The position numbers and the translations under genes are program-made. The notes under the pieces were generated by a model. The model worked only from the letters and a program-made list of their open reading frames with translations. It was not told the DNA's origin and did no database searches. A DNA stretch of 64,000 nucleotides, from the NCBI GenBank assembly GCA_044346745.1, contig JBIIYQ010000001.1:26156-90155 (forward strand). The letters run 5' to 3'. Positions 45,563-57,105 of this stretch are shown piece after piece (positions within the stretch are counted from its first letter, which is position 1; each line of letters starts with the position of its first letter). Origin of the DNA: Usitatibacteraceae bacterium (GTDB taxonomy: Bacteria; Pseudomonadota; Gammaproteobacteria; Burkholderiales; Usitatibacteraceae).

Positions 45563-46855
45563 ATGAGCCCTCGCGACCTATTACTCGATAGCTTTCGTGC
45601 TGCGTTGGCGGTCGCCGACCCCCTTCAGATCGTGCCAAAACACTTACCGGCACCACCAGCTTCCGGCAAGACGATTGTTGTTGGCGCAGGCAAAGCTGCA
45701 GCCGCGATGGCCAAAGCAGTTGAGGATAACTGGCCGCCTACAGCCGATCTGCAAGGGCTGGTGATCACGCGTTACGCGCATGGCTATACCGGCGCTGCAA
45801 GCCTTAAGCGCATCCGCGTGGTCGAGGCCGGGCACCCCGTACCAGACGAGTCCGGCGAACGCGCCGCGCAAGAGATCCTTTCTCTCGCCCGTTCTGCGCA
45901 GCCCGAAGACTCGTTACTGGTGCTTATCTCCGGCGGAGGCTCGAGCCTGCTGTCACTGCCTGCCGGTGAAGTCAGCATGGTGGACCTAAAGGCGGTTACG
46001 AGAGCCTTGCTCAGCAGTGGCGCGCCCATCCAAGAGATGAACATCGTACGCAAACATCTCTCTTCGATTCAAGGTGGAAGGCTAGCCGCGGCAACACAAG
46101 CCAAGGTAGTGACGCTCATTATTTCCGACGTGACGGGAGACGACCCGTCCGCCATCGCTTCAGGCCCAACGGCACCGGATGTGTCGAGTTACCAAGATGC
46201 ACTCGACATCCTCAATAGATTTAGGATTACGCCGCCTGTATCCATCGCACGACATCTTTCCAACGGCGCACGCGGCGAGATCGCCGAGACACTAAAGCCC
46301 GGCGACGCGGTGTTCGGCCGCGTTGAGAACCATGTCATCGCGACGGCGCATCAAAGTCTTTCCATGGCGGCTGCATTCTTCCAACAACACGGCATTACGC
46401 CGATGATCCTGGGCGATAGCGTGACCGGTGAGGCTCGCGAGGTCGCCAAAGTCTACGCGGCGCTGGCACGGCAAATCCAACAACATCATCACCCCCTCAA
46501 GCCGCCGGTTGCCCTGATCTCTGGTGGCGAATGTACGGTGACACTCGCACCGGGCAATCAGGGACGCGGTGGCCGATGTAGCGAGTTTTTGTTGTCGCTG
46601 GCGATCAGTCTGGACGGTCTGCCGCACGTGGCAGCGATTGCCTGCGACACCGATGGCATTGACGGCTCCGAGCAAAACGCCGGCGCGGTTCTGACCGATC
46701 AGTCTTTGCCACGCGCCCGCGCCATGGGAATGAATGCACAGCAACGACTCGACGCCAACGATGCGTTCGGGTTCTTTGCCCCGCTGGGAGATCTCGTGGT
46801 CACCGGCCCCACCCGTACCAATGTCAACGACTACCGGGCCATTCTCGTCTTCTGA
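45563..46855 (+). CDS. glycerate 2-kinase / hydroxypyruvate reductase-type protein (MOFRL family)
   Basis: 430 aa: VVGAGKAAAAMA, LISGGGSSLL, ALISGGECTVT, ACDTDGIDG, VTGPTRTNVND. Confidence 0.8.
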   Translation: MSPRDLLLDSFRAALAVADPLQIVPKHLPAPPASGKTIVVGAGKAAAAMAKAVEDNWPPTADLQGLVITRYAHGYTGAASLKRIRVVEAGHPVPDESGERAAQEILSLARSAQPEDSLLVLISGGGSSLLSLPAGEVSMVDLKAVTRALLSSGAPIQEMNIVRKHLSSIQGGRLAAATQAKVVTLIISDVTGDDPSAIASGPTAPDVSSYQDALDILNRFRITPPVSIARHLSNGARGEIAETLKPGDAVFGRVENHVIATAHQSLSMAAAFFQQHGITPMILGDSVTGEAREVAKVYAALARQIQQHHHPLKPPVALISGGECTVTLAPGNQGRGGRCSEFLLSLAISLDGLPHVAAIACDTDGIDGSEQNAGAVLTDQSLPRARAMGMNAQQRLDANDAFGFFAPLGDLVVTGPTRTNVNDYRAILVF

Positions 46856-46973
46856 GCCCGCTTGTGTTGCGCTCACCTATGGCGGCCCCACGCGGTTTGG
46901 GGTATCAGGATCCCGGTGAACTTGGTGGGGGTCGCGTGTTACCTAGATGTCACTGCGTCGTGGTTGAAAAACA

Positions 46974-47000
46974 AAAAGGCCGACTTACGCCGGCTTTTTT
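46974..47000 (-). terminator. terminator after rplQ (bidirectional, bulged stem)
   Basis: Minus-strand RNA is AAAAAAGCCG-GCGUAAGU-CGGCCUUUUU followed by GUUUUUC. Confidence 0.55.
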
Positions 47001-47008
47001 GTCTAGCC

Positions 47009-47410
47009 CTAGCCTACTGCTTTTTCTTCGACGTCAGGCGCTTCGCTTGCAACCGGACGATCTACCAACTCTACAAGAGCCATCGGTGCATTGTCACCCT
47101 GACGGAAACCGAACTTCAAGATGCGCAGGTATCCGCCCTTACGCTCTTTATAACGTGGGCCAAGTTCAGCGAACATTTTGACAACAATCTCACGATCGCG
47201 CAGGCGATCAAACGCCAAACGCTTGTTCGCCAGCGTATCTTCTTTTGCAAGAGTGATCAATGGCTCGGCCACGCGACGCAACTCCTTCGCTTTCGGCAAC
47301 GTTGTCTTGATTACTTCATGCAGAAAAAGAGAGTTGGTCATGTTGCGTAACATCGCGAGACGATGGGAGCTGGTTTTGTTGAGTTTACGAAGACCGTGAC
47401 GGTGACGCAT
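47009..47410 (-). CDS. rplQ: 50S ribosomal protein L17
   Basis: 133 aa: [24 protein letters not shown]... It follows rpoA. Confidence 0.95.
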   Translation of the reverse strand: MRHRHGLRKLNKTSSHRLAMLRNMTNSLFLHEVIKTTLPKAKELRRVAEPLITLAKEDTLANKRLAFDRLRDREIVVKMFAELGPRYKERKGGYLRILKFGFRQGDNAPMALVELVDRPVASEAPDVEEKAVG

Positions 47411-47492
47411 AGTAAATTTCCTTTGTTCTCTTGGCCGTTTTGCTTAGTGCAACTAAGCCAGCCTTGTTATCGTTATGGGTTATAAATAAAAA

Positions 47493-48470
47493 CTACTTCA
47501 TCACACCGGCGACGGGCCAGTTCTCGAGTTTCATCCCGAGTGTCAGACCCTTGCTAGCGAGGACTTCCTTAATTTCGTTGAGCGATTTACGACCCAAGTT
47601 AGGCGTCTTGAGCAGCTCGTTTTCGGTGCGTTGGATCAAGTCACCGATGTAGTAAATGTTTTCAGCCTTGAGGCAATTTGCAGAACGCACGGTAAGTTCG
47701 AGGTCATCGACCGGCTGCAGCAGAATCGGATCGACTTGTGGCGATTTCGCTTCTTCAGCCTGCATCGGTGTACCTTGCAAGTCGGCGAACACAGACAACT
47801 GGTCAACTAACACGCGTGCGGCATAACGTACAGCTTCCTCCGGCTCAATGGAACCGTTGGTTTCAATGTCCATTACCAAGCGATCGAGGTCGGTACGCTG
47901 TTCGACACGAGCGCTCTCTACGGCGTATGAAACACGACGCACTGGCGAGTAAGAAGCATCAAGAAGAATCGAGCCAATAGTACGACCTTCATCATTACGG
48001 CGCGCTGTCGCAGCAACGTAACCACGGCCTTTCTCGACCTTGATTTGCATGTCGATCTTGCCACCAGCCGTTAGATTGGCGATAACGTGGTCCGGGTTAA
48101 CAATTTCCACGTCGTGTGACTGCTCGATGTCTGCCCCGGTGACGGGACCCGGCGTCGACTTCTTGAGCTTCAACGTTGTGTCAGCACGGCTGTGCAGCTT
48201 GAGCACCAGACCCTTGAGGTTCAACAAAATATCAACGACGTCTTCCTGAACGCCTTCAATGGTTGAGTACTCGTGCAAAACACCCGAAATCTTGACTTCG
48301 GTTGGTGCATAGCCCGGCATGGAGGACAACAGAATGCGGCGAAGCGCATTACCTAGGGTGTGGCCATAACCGCGCTCGAACGGCTCCATCACAACTTTTG
48401 CGTGTGCTGGAGAAATGTTTTCGACGTCGATGATGCGCGGCTTCAGAAAAGTCGTGGCATTGCTTTGCAT
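47493..48470 (-). CDS. rpoA: DNA-directed RNA polymerase subunit alpha
   Basis: 325 aa: [26 protein letters not shown] ... [44 protein letters not shown]. Confidence 0.97.
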   Translation of the reverse strand: MQSNATTFLKPRIIDVENISPAHAKVVMEPFERGYGHTLGNALRRILLSSMPGYAPTEVKISGVLHEYSTIEGVQEDVVDILLNLKGLVLKLHSRADTTLKLKKSTPGPVTGADIEQSHDVEIVNPDHVIANLTAGGKIDMQIKVEKGRGYVAATARRNDEGRTIGSILLDASYSPVRRVSYAVESARVEQRTDLDRLVMDIETNGSIEPEEAVRYAARVLVDQLSVFADLQGTPMQAEEAKSPQVDPILLQPVDDLELTVRSANCLKAENIYYIGDLIQRTENELLKTPNLGRKSLNEIKEVLASKGLTLGMKLENWPVAGVMK

Positions 48471-48532
48471 TGACGAGGGCCTCTATAGATTAACGCGCGC
48501 CGTGGCGTCCCACGGCGCTGGGATGAAACGGA

Positions 48533-49153
48533 TTACTTCGAGTAAAGTTCGACGACGAGTTGCTCGTTGATATCTGCAGCAAACTCTTGGCGGTCCGGAA
48601 GCGCTTTGAACACGCCAGCGAATTTCTTTGTATCGACTTCTACCCAGTTCGGGAAGCCATTGGCTTCAGCAAGCTTGAGCGCATCTTGAACGCGCAACTG
48701 CTTTTGCGCCTTTTCTTTCAGCGACACAACATCGTTTGGCTTCAACAGGTACGACGGGATATTCACCGGCTTGCCGTTGACCAAAATGCCGCAATGGCTG
48801 ACCAACTGACGCGCCTCTGCACGAGTCGAGCCAAAGCCCATACGGTAGACGGCATTATCCAAGCGTGATTCGAGCAGTTGCAGGAGATTCTCGCCAGTAG
48901 CCCCTTTGCGGCGCTCGGCTTCAGCGAAGTAGGTACGGAACTGGCGCTCTAGAACACCATACATACGACGAATCTTTTGCTTCTCGCGGAGCTGCGTACC
49001 GTACTCAGATACGCGTGACTGTTTCGCGCCGTGCTGACCTGGACGCGATTCAAGTTTGCACTTCGAGTCAAGCGGACGACGCGCGCTTTTCAGGAAGAGA
49101 TCAGTACCCTCGCGACGCGAGAGTTTGCATTTAGGACCGATATAACGTGCCAT
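48533..49153 (-). CDS. rpsD: 30S ribosomal protein S4
   Basis: 206 aa: [23 protein letters not shown]... Confidence 0.95.
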   Translation of the reverse strand: MARYIGPKCKLSRREGTDLFLKSARRPLDSKCKLESRPGQHGAKQSRVSEYGTQLREKQKIRRMYGVLERQFRTYFAEAERRKGATGENLLQLLESRLDNAVYRMGFGSTRAEARQLVSHCGILVNGKPVNIPSYLLKPNDVVSLKEKAQKQLRVQDALKLAEANGFPNWVEVDTKKFAGVFKALPDRQEFAADINEQLVVELYSK

Positions 49154-49173
49154 TTGGATATCTCTTTTGCTAA

Positions 49174-49572
49174 TTACATGCGACGACGCTTGGGTGGACG
49201 GCAGCCGTTGTGCGGAACTGGCGTCACATCGGCGATCGACATGATTTTGATTCCCAACGCGTTCAACGCGCGAACGGCAGACTCACGGCCGGGGCCTGGC
49301 CCCTTGATGCGCACCTCGAGGTTCTTGATGCCACATTCCTGTGCAGCCTTACCAGCAGCCTCGGCCGCGATCTGCGCTGCAAATGGAGTGGACTTCCTCG
49401 AACCTTTAAAGCCAGCGCCGCCAGACGTCGCCCACGACAAGGCGTTGCCCTGACGGTCGGTGATCGTGATGATGGTGTTATTGAACGACGCGTGAATATG
49501 TGCGATTCCTTCCGACACATTCTTTTTGACTTTCTTGCGAACGCGTGTTGCTGCAGCAGTCGGTTTAACCAT
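49174..49572 (-). CDS. rpsK: 30S ribosomal protein S11
   Basis: 132 aa: [31 protein letters not shown] ... [13 protein letters not shown]. Confidence 0.95.
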   Translation of the reverse strand: MVKPTAAATRVRKKVKKNVSEGIAHIHASFNNTIITITDRQGNALSWATSGGAGFKGSRKSTPFAAQIAAEAAGKAAQECGIKNLEVRIKGPGPGRESAVRALNALGIKIMSIADVTPVPHNGCRPPKRRRM

Positions 49573-49596
49573 TGTGTGTACCTCGTTTCCGAAACT

Positions 49597-49959
49597 TTAT
49601 TTCGCCAGGCGAACAGCTTTGCGTGGTCCCTTGCGGGTGCGCGCGTTGGTGCGAGTGCGCTGACCACGAACTGGCAAGCCCTTGCGATGACGGGTGCCGC
49701 GATAACAACCAAGGTCCATCAGACGCTTGATTGACATCGAAATTTCACGCCGCAAATCGCCTTCGACTGTTACCTTGCCAATCTGCTCACGCAGTTTGTC
49801 CATGTCGCTGTCGTTCAGATCTTTGATCTTCGCTGAACCGCTAACACCGGCAGCCTCACAAATCTTCTGCGCGGTATGACGACCAATGCCGTAAATCGCC
49901 GTAAGGGCGATTTCTGCATGTTGATGATTGGGGATATTTACACCAGCAATACGTGCCAT
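49597..49959 (-). CDS. rpsM: 30S ribosomal protein S13
   Basis: 120 aa: [26 protein letters not shown]... Confidence 0.95.
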   Translation of the reverse strand: MARIAGVNIPNHQHAEIALTAIYGIGRHTAQKICEAAGVSGSAKIKDLNDSDMDKLREQIGKVTVEGDLRREISMSIKRLMDLGCYRGTRHRKGLPVRGQRTRTNARTRKGPRKAVRLAK

Positions 49960-49971
49960 GATGGATGACCT

Positions 49972-50085
49972 TTAGCCTTGACGTTGCTTATGACGCGGAT
50001 CTTTGCAAATGACGCGCAAAACACCTTTGCGGCGCACCAACTTGCAATTGCGACAGATTTTTTTAACAGATGCCTGAACTCGCAT
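49972..50085 (-). CDS. rpmJ: 50S ribosomal protein L36 (37 aa; missing from ORF track)
   Basis: My translation is [45 protein letters not shown] lies upstream. It sits between infA and rpsM as expected. Confidence 0.9.
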   Translation of the reverse strand: MRVQASVKKICRNCKLVRRKGVLRVICKDPRHKQRQG

Positions 50086-50109
50086 TTCTTTCTCCTTGCT
50101 CTCCGACGC

Positions 50110-50328
50110 CTATTTGGCGCGGAAGGTAATTCGTGCTTTCGTTAAATCGTAGGGCGAAATCTCAACCGTGACTTTGTCCCCCGGCAATATGCGAATGTAG
50201 TGCATACGCATCTTTCCCGAGATATGACCCAACACGACATGCCCGTTTTCCAACTTAACCCGGAACATCGCATTCGGCAATGTTTCCTGGATGACGCCCT
50301 GCATTTCAATCGTTTCTTCTTTTGACAT
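50110..50328 (-). CDS. infA: translation initiation factor IF-1
   Basis: 72 aa: [53 protein letters not shown]. Confidence 0.95.
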   Translation of the reverse strand: MSKEETIEMQGVIQETLPNAMFRVKLENGHVVLGHISGKMRMHYIRILPGDKVTVEISPYDLTKARITFRAK

Positions 50329-50360
50329 TAATCTACGACCGTTCCCTTTTTCGCTAAAGC

Positions 50361-51683
50361 TTACCGAACAGGGAAGCCTGCGCCGCCTTTGAAGTTCGCC
50401 TTCTTGAGCAGGCTTTCATATTGGTGAGACATCAAATACGCTTGCATCTGCGCCATGAAATCCATCGTAGTTACAACAATGATCAAAAGTGACGTTCCAC
50501 CGAAGTAAAAGGGCACGTTCCAACGCATGTGTAAGAACTCCGGAAGCATGCAGACGGCAGTGATGTAAGCTGCACCGACTAACGTCAGTCTCATCAAAAT
50601 TTTGTCGATGTATCGTGCAGTTTGCTCGCCGGGACGAATACCAGGAACAAATGCACCACTTTTCTTCAAGTTCTCTGCGGTTTCTTTGGAATTGAATACC
50701 AATGCCGTGTAGAAGAAGCAGAAGAAAATTATCGCAGCGGCATAAAGCATCGTATACAGCGGTTGTCCCGGAGCCAGCGCGGCACCCAAATCCTTCAACC
50801 ACACCATCTGATCACTTTGGCCAAACCAACCGGCAACAGTTGCCGGAAACAAGATGATCGACGATGCAAAAATCGGAGGGATGACACCCGACATATTCAG
50901 TTTCAATGGAAGGTGTGAGGCTTGCCCGCCGTACAACTTGTTACCTACCTGCCGCTTGGCGTAGTTCACCAGAATCTTTCTCTGGCCACGCTCAACAAAC
51001 ACCACAAAGAACGTAACAAACACCACCAAAGCCAGAATAAACAAAAAGGCTGGAATAGACATTGTCCCGTTATTGACTAATTCCATCGTTCCACCGATTG
51101 CACCTGGCAAACCCGCAACGATACCGGCAAAGATGATCAGGGAAATGCCGTTACCAATACCGCGCTCGGTAATCTGCTCACCGAGCCACATCAAGAACAT
51201 TGTGCCGCCAACCAACGTGGTCACGGTGACAAAACGGAACATCATGCCCGGATCAACGACCAACCCTTGTTGCGACTCAAGCGCAATCGAAATGCCGACT
51301 GCCTGAAACAAGGCAAGGGCCACCGTGCCATATCGGGTGTACTGTGTAATCTTCCGACGACCGGCCTCACCCTCCTTCTTCAGCGCCTCGAGTTGCGGAG
51401 AGACCACCGTCAAAAGCTGCATGATGATCGAGGCGGAAATGTAAGGCATGATGCCAAGGGCGAACACGGAGAAGCGCGACAAGGCTCCGCCCGAGAACAT
51501 GTTGAACATGGCAAAGATGCCGCCACCTTGCGTATCGAATAACTTGGCCAGCTGCACTGGATCGATTCCCGGCACTGGAATATGCGTTCCAATGCGGAAG
51601 ACAATCAACGCAAGTACCAAGAAAATCAAGCGACGCTTCAGGTCGCCCATTTTTCCGATCGCTGCTAATGGATTTGTAGCCAA
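50361..51683 (-). CDS. secY: preprotein translocase subunit SecY
   Basis: 440 aa, 10-TM pattern: [32 protein letters not shown]. Confidence 0.95.
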   Translation of the reverse strand: MATNPLAAIGKMGDLKRRLIFLVLALIVFRIGTHIPVPGIDPVQLAKLFDTQGGGIFAMFNMFSGGALSRFSVFALGIMPYISASIIMQLLTVVSPQLEALKKEGEAGRRKITQYTRYGTVALALFQAVGISIALESQQGLVVDPGMMFRFVTVTTLVGGTMFLMWLGEQITERGIGNGISLIIFAGIVAGLPGAIGGTMELVNNGTMSIPAFLFILALVVFVTFFVVFVERGQRKILVNYAKRQVGNKLYGGQASHLPLKLNMSGVIPPIFASSIILFPATVAGWFGQSDQMVWLKDLGAALAPGQPLYTMLYAAAIIFFCFFYTALVFNSKETAENLKKSGAFVPGIRPGEQTARYIDKILMRLTLVGAAYITAVCMLPEFLHMRWNVPFYFGGTSLLIIVVTTMDFMAQMQAYLMSHQYESLLKKANFKGGAGFPVR

Positions 51684-51715
51684 ACGTTTGTCCCTAGTCC
51701 TTAAATCGCCGTCAA

Positions 51716-52162
51716 TTACGCAGCTGGTGCAGCTTCAACTGTGCCGCCAGCAGCTTCAATAGCGGCTTTTGCGCCCTTGGTCACGCCGATGCCAACCAAC
51801 TTGACTTTCTTATAGATGCTGCCAGACAGAAAGACTTTTGCACCGAGCGCACCAGGCGCAACGACGTTAGCCTGCTTCAACACGGCGAGATCAATAGTGT
51901 CGACTGGCAGCATAGCGATTTCAGACAACCGCACTTGCGCGGTGTCGTAACGCGTCAACGACACAAAACCGCGCTTTGGCAAGCGACGCTGTAGCGGCAT
52001 TTGACCGCCTTCAAAGCCAACTTTATGAAAGCCGCCGGAACGGGATTTCTGCCCTTTATGACCACGACCAGCGGTCTTACCGAGACCAGACCCGATACCG
52101 CGACCTACACGGCGACGTGGCTTTTTGGAACCCTCACCGGGTTTAATGTCATTCAAATCCAT
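51716..52162 (-). CDS. rplO: 50S ribosomal protein L15
   Basis: 148 aa: [28 protein letters not shown]. Confidence 0.95.
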   Translation of the reverse strand: MDLNDIKPGEGSKKPRRRVGRGIGSGLGKTAGRGHKGQKSRSGGFHKVGFEGGQMPLQRRLPKRGFVSLTRYDTAQVRLSEIAMLPVDTIDLAVLKQANVVAPGALGAKVFLSGSIYKKVKLVGIGVTKGAKAAIEAAGGTVEAAPAA

Positions 52163-52167
52163 GTTTC

Positions 52168-52353
52168 TTAGCCTTCAACTTGGAGCATGTAGCTCACTTT
52201 GTTGATCATGCCGCGATTTGCGGGTGTATCAATAACGGTGACGGTGTGGTGAAGTCTTTTCAAGCCCAACCCACGAACACAGGCCTTATGCGCCTCTAGG
52301 CGACCGATCGTGCTCTTACGGAGCGTCACTGTGATGGTTTTCTGGTTAGTCAT
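52168..52353 (-). CDS. rpmD: 50S ribosomal protein L30
   Basis: 61 aa: [32 protein letters not shown]. Confidence 0.9.
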   Translation of the reverse strand: MTNQKTITVTLRKSTIGRLEAHKACVRGLGLKRLHHTVTVIDTPANRGMINKVSYMLQVEG

Positions 52354-52376
52354 GCGGTTTTCTCCAAGCGCCTCGA

Positions 52377-52886
52377 TTAGCCCAAAATCTCTTCGACCGT
52401 TTTGCCGCGTTTTGCAGCAACTTCGGATGGGCGTGAAATTTTTGCTAAGCCGTCAAGCGTTGCGCGAACCACGTTGTACGGGTTGGTTGAACCATGACAC
52501 TTTGCCGAGATGTTGGTGATACCCATCACCTCAAACACCGCGCGCATTGCGCCACCGGCCTTAATGCCGTTACCGTCAGCAGCTGGCTGCATAAACACCT
52601 TGGTGCCGCCGTGCTTACCGATAACTTCGTGATGAAGCGTGCCATTTTTCAGCGGTATCTTGACGAGCTTGCGACGAGCCTGCTCCATTGCCTTTTGAAC
52701 GGCAACTGGAACCTCTTTCGATTTGCCCTTGCCCATACCGATACGGCCATCGCCGTCACCAACGACGGTCAACGCAGCGAAGCCAAGAATACGACCACCC
52801 TTAACAACTTTCGTGACTCGGTTAACCGAGATCATCTTTTCGCGGAGACCGTCGCCTTCTTTATCCTGAGTTTCTGGTTTTGCCAT
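52377..52886 (-). CDS. rpsE: 30S ribosomal protein S5
   Basis: 169 aa: [46 protein letters not shown]. Confidence 0.95.
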   Translation of the reverse strand: MAKPETQDKEGDGLREKMISVNRVTKVVKGGRILGFAALTVVGDGDGRIGMGKGKSKEVPVAVQKAMEQARRKLVKIPLKNGTLHHEVIGKHGGTKVFMQPAADGNGIKAGGAMRAVFEVMGITNISAKCHGSTNPYNVVRATLDGLAKISRPSEVAAKRGKTVEEILG

Positions 52887-52900
52887 TTGGACGTCCTTGA

Positions 52901-53257
52901 CTAAAACTTAAGGCCGGCTTCACGCGCGGCGTCTGCCAGCGCTTTCACGCGGCCGTGGTAAGCGAAACCAGCGCGGTCGAACGCAACGTCCGAGACCCCG
53001 GCGGCTTTTGCACGCTCAGCAATACGTTTGCCAACTTCGGCGGCGGCAGCCGATGTGGCACCGCTTTTCAACGCGGCACGCAACTCTTTTTCGGCGGTAG
53101 ATGCTGCAGCCAGAACTTTCGCGCCGGTTGCGTCGATCACCTGCGCGTAGATGTGCGTATTGGTGCGATGTACGGTCAAACGCACCGCCTTCAAACGCGC
53201 GATGATTGCGCGGGTTTTTGCGGCGCGACGCAGACGGGATTGTTTTTTGTCGATCAT
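52901..53257 (-). CDS. rplR: 50S ribosomal protein L18
   Basis: 118 aa: [17 protein letters not shown] ... [26 protein letters not shown]. Confidence 0.95.
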   Translation of the reverse strand: MIDKKQSRLRRAAKTRAIIARLKAVRLTVHRTNTHIYAQVIDATGAKVLAAASTAEKELRAALKSGATSAAAAEVGKRIAERAKAAGVSDVAFDRAGFAYHGRVKALADAAREAGLKF

Positions 53258-53268
53258 GATCGAATTCC

Positions 53269-53802
53269 TTACTTCTTCTTCGTCTCTTTAAGAACGATGA
53301 CTTCGTCCGAGTAGCGTACGCCCTTGCCCTTGTAGGGCTCTGGCGGACGATAACCACGCACGATGGCAGCGACTTGGCCAACCTTCTGCTTGTCAACGCC
53401 CTTCAAAATGATTTCCGTCGGGGTTGGCGTTTCCGCCTTCACACCTTCTGGCATCTCGTGGACGACGGGGTGCGAGTATCCCAACGCCAGATTCAACTTC
53501 GTGCCTTGCGCTGCGGCCTTATAGCCCACGCCGACGAGCATCAACTTGCGCTCAAACCCCTTGTCTACGCCATGAACCATATTCGCCAACAAAGCACGCA
53601 TGGTTCCAGACATAGCATTGGCAGCCTGCGAATCATTCGCCGCCTCCAACACAAGCTTGTCGCCATCACGCTTGATGTTGACCAGCGAGGTCGCTGCTTG
53701 TTTCAAGACGCCCAACGGGCCCTTGACGGTAATTTCGTCAGCCGCAAGTGTCACTTCGACTTTTGCGGGCACAGTGATAGGGAGCTTACCAACGCGTGAC
53801 AT
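53269..53802 (-). CDS. rplF: 50S ribosomal protein L6
   Basis: 177 aa: [19 protein letters not shown] ... [15 protein letters not shown]. Confidence 0.95.
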   Translation of the reverse strand: MSRVGKLPITVPAKVEVTLAADEITVKGPLGVLKQAATSLVNIKRDGDKLVLEAANDSQAANAMSGTMRALLANMVHGVDKGFERKLMLVGVGYKAAAQGTKLNLALGYSHPVVHEMPEGVKAETPTPTEIILKGVDKQKVGQVAAIVRGYRPPEPYKGKGVRYSDEVIVLKETKKK

Positions 53803-53813
53803 TCATACTCTCC

Positions 53814-54209
53814 TTACACCACGATGCAAAGCACTTCGCCACCAACACCGGTAGCGCGGGCTTTGCGATCAGTCATAACGCCGCGCGAGGTGGAAACAAT
53901 CGCCACACCAAGGCCGTTCATAACAGGTTTGATATCTTCACGCCCGCGGTAAATCCTCAGACCAGGACGGGAAACGCGCTCGATCTTTTCGATCACAGGC
54001 CTACCCGCGTAGTATTTGAGACCGACATTCAGCTCAGATTTGCCGTCGACCGTGCGCACATCAAAACCTTCGATGTATCCCTCGTCTTTCAGCACATTTG
54101 CGATTGCAACCTTCACTTTGGAAGAAGGCATCGTCACGTCAACTTTTTCCGATTGTTGCGCATTACGGATGCGAGTCAACATATCGGCGATCGGATCACT
54201 CATGCTCAT
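53814..54209 (-). CDS. rpsH: 30S ribosomal protein S8
   Basis: 131 aa: [18 protein letters not shown]... Confidence 0.95.
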   Translation of the reverse strand: MSMSDPIADMLTRIRNAQQSEKVDVTMPSSKVKVAIANVLKDEGYIEGFDVRTVDGKSELNVGLKYYAGRPVIEKIERVSRPGLRIYRGREDIKPVMNGLGVAIVSTSRGVMTDRKARATGVGGEVLCIVV

Positions 54210-54235
54210 AATTTTTTCTCCGCCCTACTTCCCGG

Positions 54236-54541
54236 CTACCAGCTAGCCTTAACCAAGCCCGGCACTTCACCGCGCATGGCAATTTCACGCAACTTGTTAC
54301 GACCCAAACCAAACTTGCTGTAGACGCCACGTGGACGACCGGTGATCGCACAACGATTGCGGAGGCGAGTTGGATTGGAGTTTCGCGGAAGCGCCTGCAA
54401 TTTAAGACGCGCCTGATAACGATCTTCGTCAGAAGCACTTTGATCGTTAATGATCTTAAAAAGCGCTTCGCGCTTCGCCTTGAATTTCGCGACAAGCTTT
54501 TCGCGCTTGGCTTGACGGTTAATCACTGCAAGTTTGGCCAT
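54236..54541 (-). CDS. rpsN: 30S ribosomal protein S14
   Basis: The ORF track extends to 54601. The ATG at 54541 gives the standard 101 aa: [20 protein letters not shown] ... [12 protein letters not shown]. Confidence 0.93.
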   Translation of the reverse strand: MAKLAVINRQAKREKLVAKFKAKREALFKIINDQSASDEDRYQARLKLQALPRNSNPTRLRNRCAITGRPRGVYSKFGLGRNKLREIAMRGEVPGLVKASW

Positions 54542-54545
54542 GCGC

Positions 54546-55085
54546 TTAACCCCTGAAAGGAAACTTGAATGCAGCGAGGAGCGCTTTGGCTTCTGCGTCA
54601 TTCTTAGCGGTGGTAGTAATCGAAATATTCATGCCGCGTATCGCGTCTATCTTGTCGTACTCAATTTCTGGGAAGATGATCTGCTCTTTTACGCCCATGT
54701 TGTAGTTGCCACGGCCATCAAAAGAACGACCTGAAATACCACGGAAGTCGCGCACCCGTGGCAACGAAACAGTGATCAGGCGGTCAAGGAATTCATACAT
54801 GCGATTCGCGCGCAACGTCACCATGCAACCGATCGGATAACCGTCACGAATCTTGAATCCTGCGATCGACTTCTTTGACTTGGTTACGACGGGCTTCTGA
54901 CCGGCAATTTTGGTCATGTCGCCAACGGCGTGTTCCATAATTTTCTTGTCCGCCACGGCCTCGCCTACCCCCATGTTGAGGGTGATCTTGGTGATCCGTG
55001 GCACTTCCATCACCGACTTGTAACCAAGGTCTTTCATCAACTTCGGTACAACTGTTTCTTTGTAAAACGATTGGAGTCGAGCCAT
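54546..55085 (-). CDS. rplE: 50S ribosomal protein L5
   Basis: 179 aa: [43 protein letters not shown]. Confidence 0.95.
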   Translation of the reverse strand: MARLQSFYKETVVPKLMKDLGYKSVMEVPRITKITLNMGVGEAVADKKIMEHAVGDMTKIAGQKPVVTKSKKSIAGFKIRDGYPIGCMVTLRANRMYEFLDRLITVSLPRVRDFRGISGRSFDGRGNYNMGVKEQIIFPEIEYDKIDAIRGMNISITTTAKNDAEAKALLAAFKFPFRG

Positions 55086-55098
55086 GTTAAGCGCCCCC

Positions 55099-55419
55099 TT
55101 AAGCGTCTATTTGTTCGCCATTGGAAGCAAACACGCGCACTTTGCGCTTGTCGTCCAAGGACTTAAATCCGACGCGATCCGCTTTTCCGGAGGTCGGGTT
55201 GAAAATTGCGATGTTGGAAAGATGAATAGACATCTCTTTTTCAACGATACCGCCAGTTGAGCCCTTCATCGGGTTTGGCTTGGTGTGTTTCTTCACTCGG
55301 TTGATTCCCTCAACCAGCACGCGCTCGGTTTCAAGGATCATTGACAGCACGGTTCCGCGCTTGCCTTTATCCTTACCGGTGATGACGACCACTTGGTCGC
55401 CCTTACGTATCTTGTTCAT
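55099..55419 (-). CDS. rplX: 50S ribosomal protein L24
   Basis: 106 aa: [25 protein letters not shown]. Confidence 0.95.
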   Translation of the reverse strand: MNKIRKGDQVVVITGKDKGKRGTVLSMILETERVLVEGINRVKKHTKPNPMKGSTGGIVEKEMSIHLSNIAIFNPTSGKADRVGFKSLDDKRKVRVFASNGEQIDA

Positions 55420-55440
55420 GGCGTATTTTCCTTTGCGTCT

Positions 55441-55809
55441 TTACAGCACTTCAGGCGCCAGCGACACGATCTTCATGAACTTTTCAGTGCGCAACTCGCG
55501 TGTCACTGGTCCAAAGATACGAGTGCCAATCGGCTCAAGCTTTGCGTTCAACAACACCGCAGCATTGCCATCGAATTTAATCAACGACCCGTCGTTACGA
55601 CGAACACCTTTGGCGGTACGCACAACTACGGCGTTATAGACCTCGCCTTTTTTGACGCGTCCGCGCGGCTGCGCTGATTTGATACTGACTTTGATGACAT
55701 CACCAACGCCCGCGTAACGACGCTTAGAGCCGCCAAGGACTTTGATACACATCACCGAACGCGCGCCGGTGTTATCGGCGACGTCGAGAATCGACTGCAT
55801 CTGAATCAT
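55441..55809 (-). CDS. rplN: 50S ribosomal protein L14
   Basis: 122 aa: [44 protein letters not shown]. Confidence 0.95.
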   Translation of the reverse strand: MIQMQSILDVADNTGARSVMCIKVLGGSKRRYAGVGDVIKVSIKSAQPRGRVKKGEVYNAVVVRTAKGVRRNDGSLIKFDGNAAVLLNAKLEPIGTRIFGPVTRELRTEKFMKIVSLAPEVL

Positions 55810-56052
55810 TTTTTTATCTCCAACTTACCCGCCACAGGTGGCAGCCAGTTTTGGATCCGTCTTATGCCCTCGCACCCGATTCGGAGACCCGAATTAAATG
55901 CGCCGACAGGTTAGAAAGCTTCTTTTGCCCGATTGCTTAAAGCACTTTTGCAAGTGCGGCTTGTGCAGACTCTCAGGCGGCAAGGCCAGATTGCACCCTG
56001 TTTTTGCAGACTTTCAGCCGACATAGCCACGGCTGGAGCAGCGAAGTCCGCT

Positions 56053-56082
56053 AGTATAAGCGAACCTTGTTCCCCAAAGCAA
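56053..56082 (-). promoter_or_regulatory. candidate sigma70 promoter for the rplN (spc-type) operon
   Basis: The minus strand reads TTGCTT-N18-TATACT, about 240 nt upstream of rplN. Sequence match only. Confidence 0.3.
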
Positions 56083-56187
56083 GCGGTTTTCTCGGATTAT
56101 TCAATGGGTTGGCCAAACGCGATGGGGGGCAATGCAGTGGCGATGGGGCGCAAACGCCAGTTTGTGGCCAACTAACCCGGGCGTGCG

Positions 56188-56961
56188 CTACACGGCAGTC
56201 ATGCCACCATCGACCGACAGAATTTGCCCTGTTACATAGCTGGCAGCATCGGAGGCAAGAAAGATGGCTGGGCCCATCAGATCTTCTTCACCGCCCAGCC
56301 GACCCAGCGGCGTCATCGCAATGATTTGATTTTCAATCACCTGCAGTACACCCGCACTCATTTTTGAGGGGAAGAACCCTGGCGCCAGGGCATTGACGCG
56401 TATTCCGTACTTCGCCCACTCCGCCGCTAAGGCACGGGTGAGATTGACCAAGCCACCCTTACTCGTATTGTAGGCAAGCGTTTGCATCGGCCCCAGCTGT
56501 CCCCGTAGCCCCGCCACGGATGCAACGTTGATGATCGCTCCGGCACGGTTCGGGATCATCGATTTTGCGCCTACCTGCTGTGTAACAAGCCAAGAGCCTG
56601 TGAGATTGGTGGCGATAATCTTGTTCCAAGCCTCGGTGGGATACGACTCAGCAGGTGCGCCCCAAGACGCGCCTGCGTTGTTCATCAAAATATCGATTCT
56701 TCCAAAGTGCTTTAGTACCGCATCGACCATGGGTTCGATGGTTTCGGGTTTGGCAAGGTCGCTGGGGACGACGAAAACGTCATAGCCCAGCGCGACCAGC
56801 TCTGCTTTGGCCTCTTCGAGTTCGCCAGTTTTGCGCGCTGTGAGTGCAAGCATGGCGCCCTGCGCGCCGTAGCCCTTGGCGATCTGCAGCCCCAGCCCGC
56901 GAGAGCCGCCCGTGATCAACGCCACGCGGTTGGATAAATCGAAGAGTTTGTTGGCAGCCAT
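56188..56961 (-). CDS. SDR-family oxidoreductase
   Basis: 257 aa: ALITGGSRGLGLQIA (TGxxxGxG), NNAG, and YNTSKGG (YxxxK). Confidence 0.85.
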   Translation of the reverse strand: MAANKLFDLSNRVALITGGSRGLGLQIAKGYGAQGAMLALTARKTGELEEAKAELVALGYDVFVVPSDLAKPETIEPMVDAVLKHFGRIDILMNNAGASWGAPAESYPTEAWNKIIATNLTGSWLVTQQVGAKSMIPNRAGAIINVASVAGLRGQLGPMQTLAYNTSKGGLVNLTRALAAEWAKYGIRVNALAPGFFPSKMSAGVLQVIENQIIAMTPLGRLGGEEDLMGPAIFLASDAASYVTGQILSVDGGMTAV

Positions 56962-57105
56962 GATCGTTTTCCTGCGTTAGTTATCGATTGATTTCCCGCT
57001 GTGTTGTGCATGGGGAACTAGTCAAAAGCCAAAGTGCCCGAATGGCGGGCGGTTACAAACATTTATGGCTGGAAACACCCGCCAATAAATGGTTTTCATA
57101 TTCTG

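Noticed and set aside
56977-56988. 12-nt match (TTAGTTATCGAT) to the island att core, upstream of the SDR gene inside the ribosomal cluster insertion
   Set aside because: My rough estimate is a chance expectation of the order of 0.01 per 64-kb window for one specific 12-mer. There is no second copy flanking the insertion, no integrase, and the match covers only half of the 23-nt core. I treat it as coincidence unless genome-wide data say otherwise.
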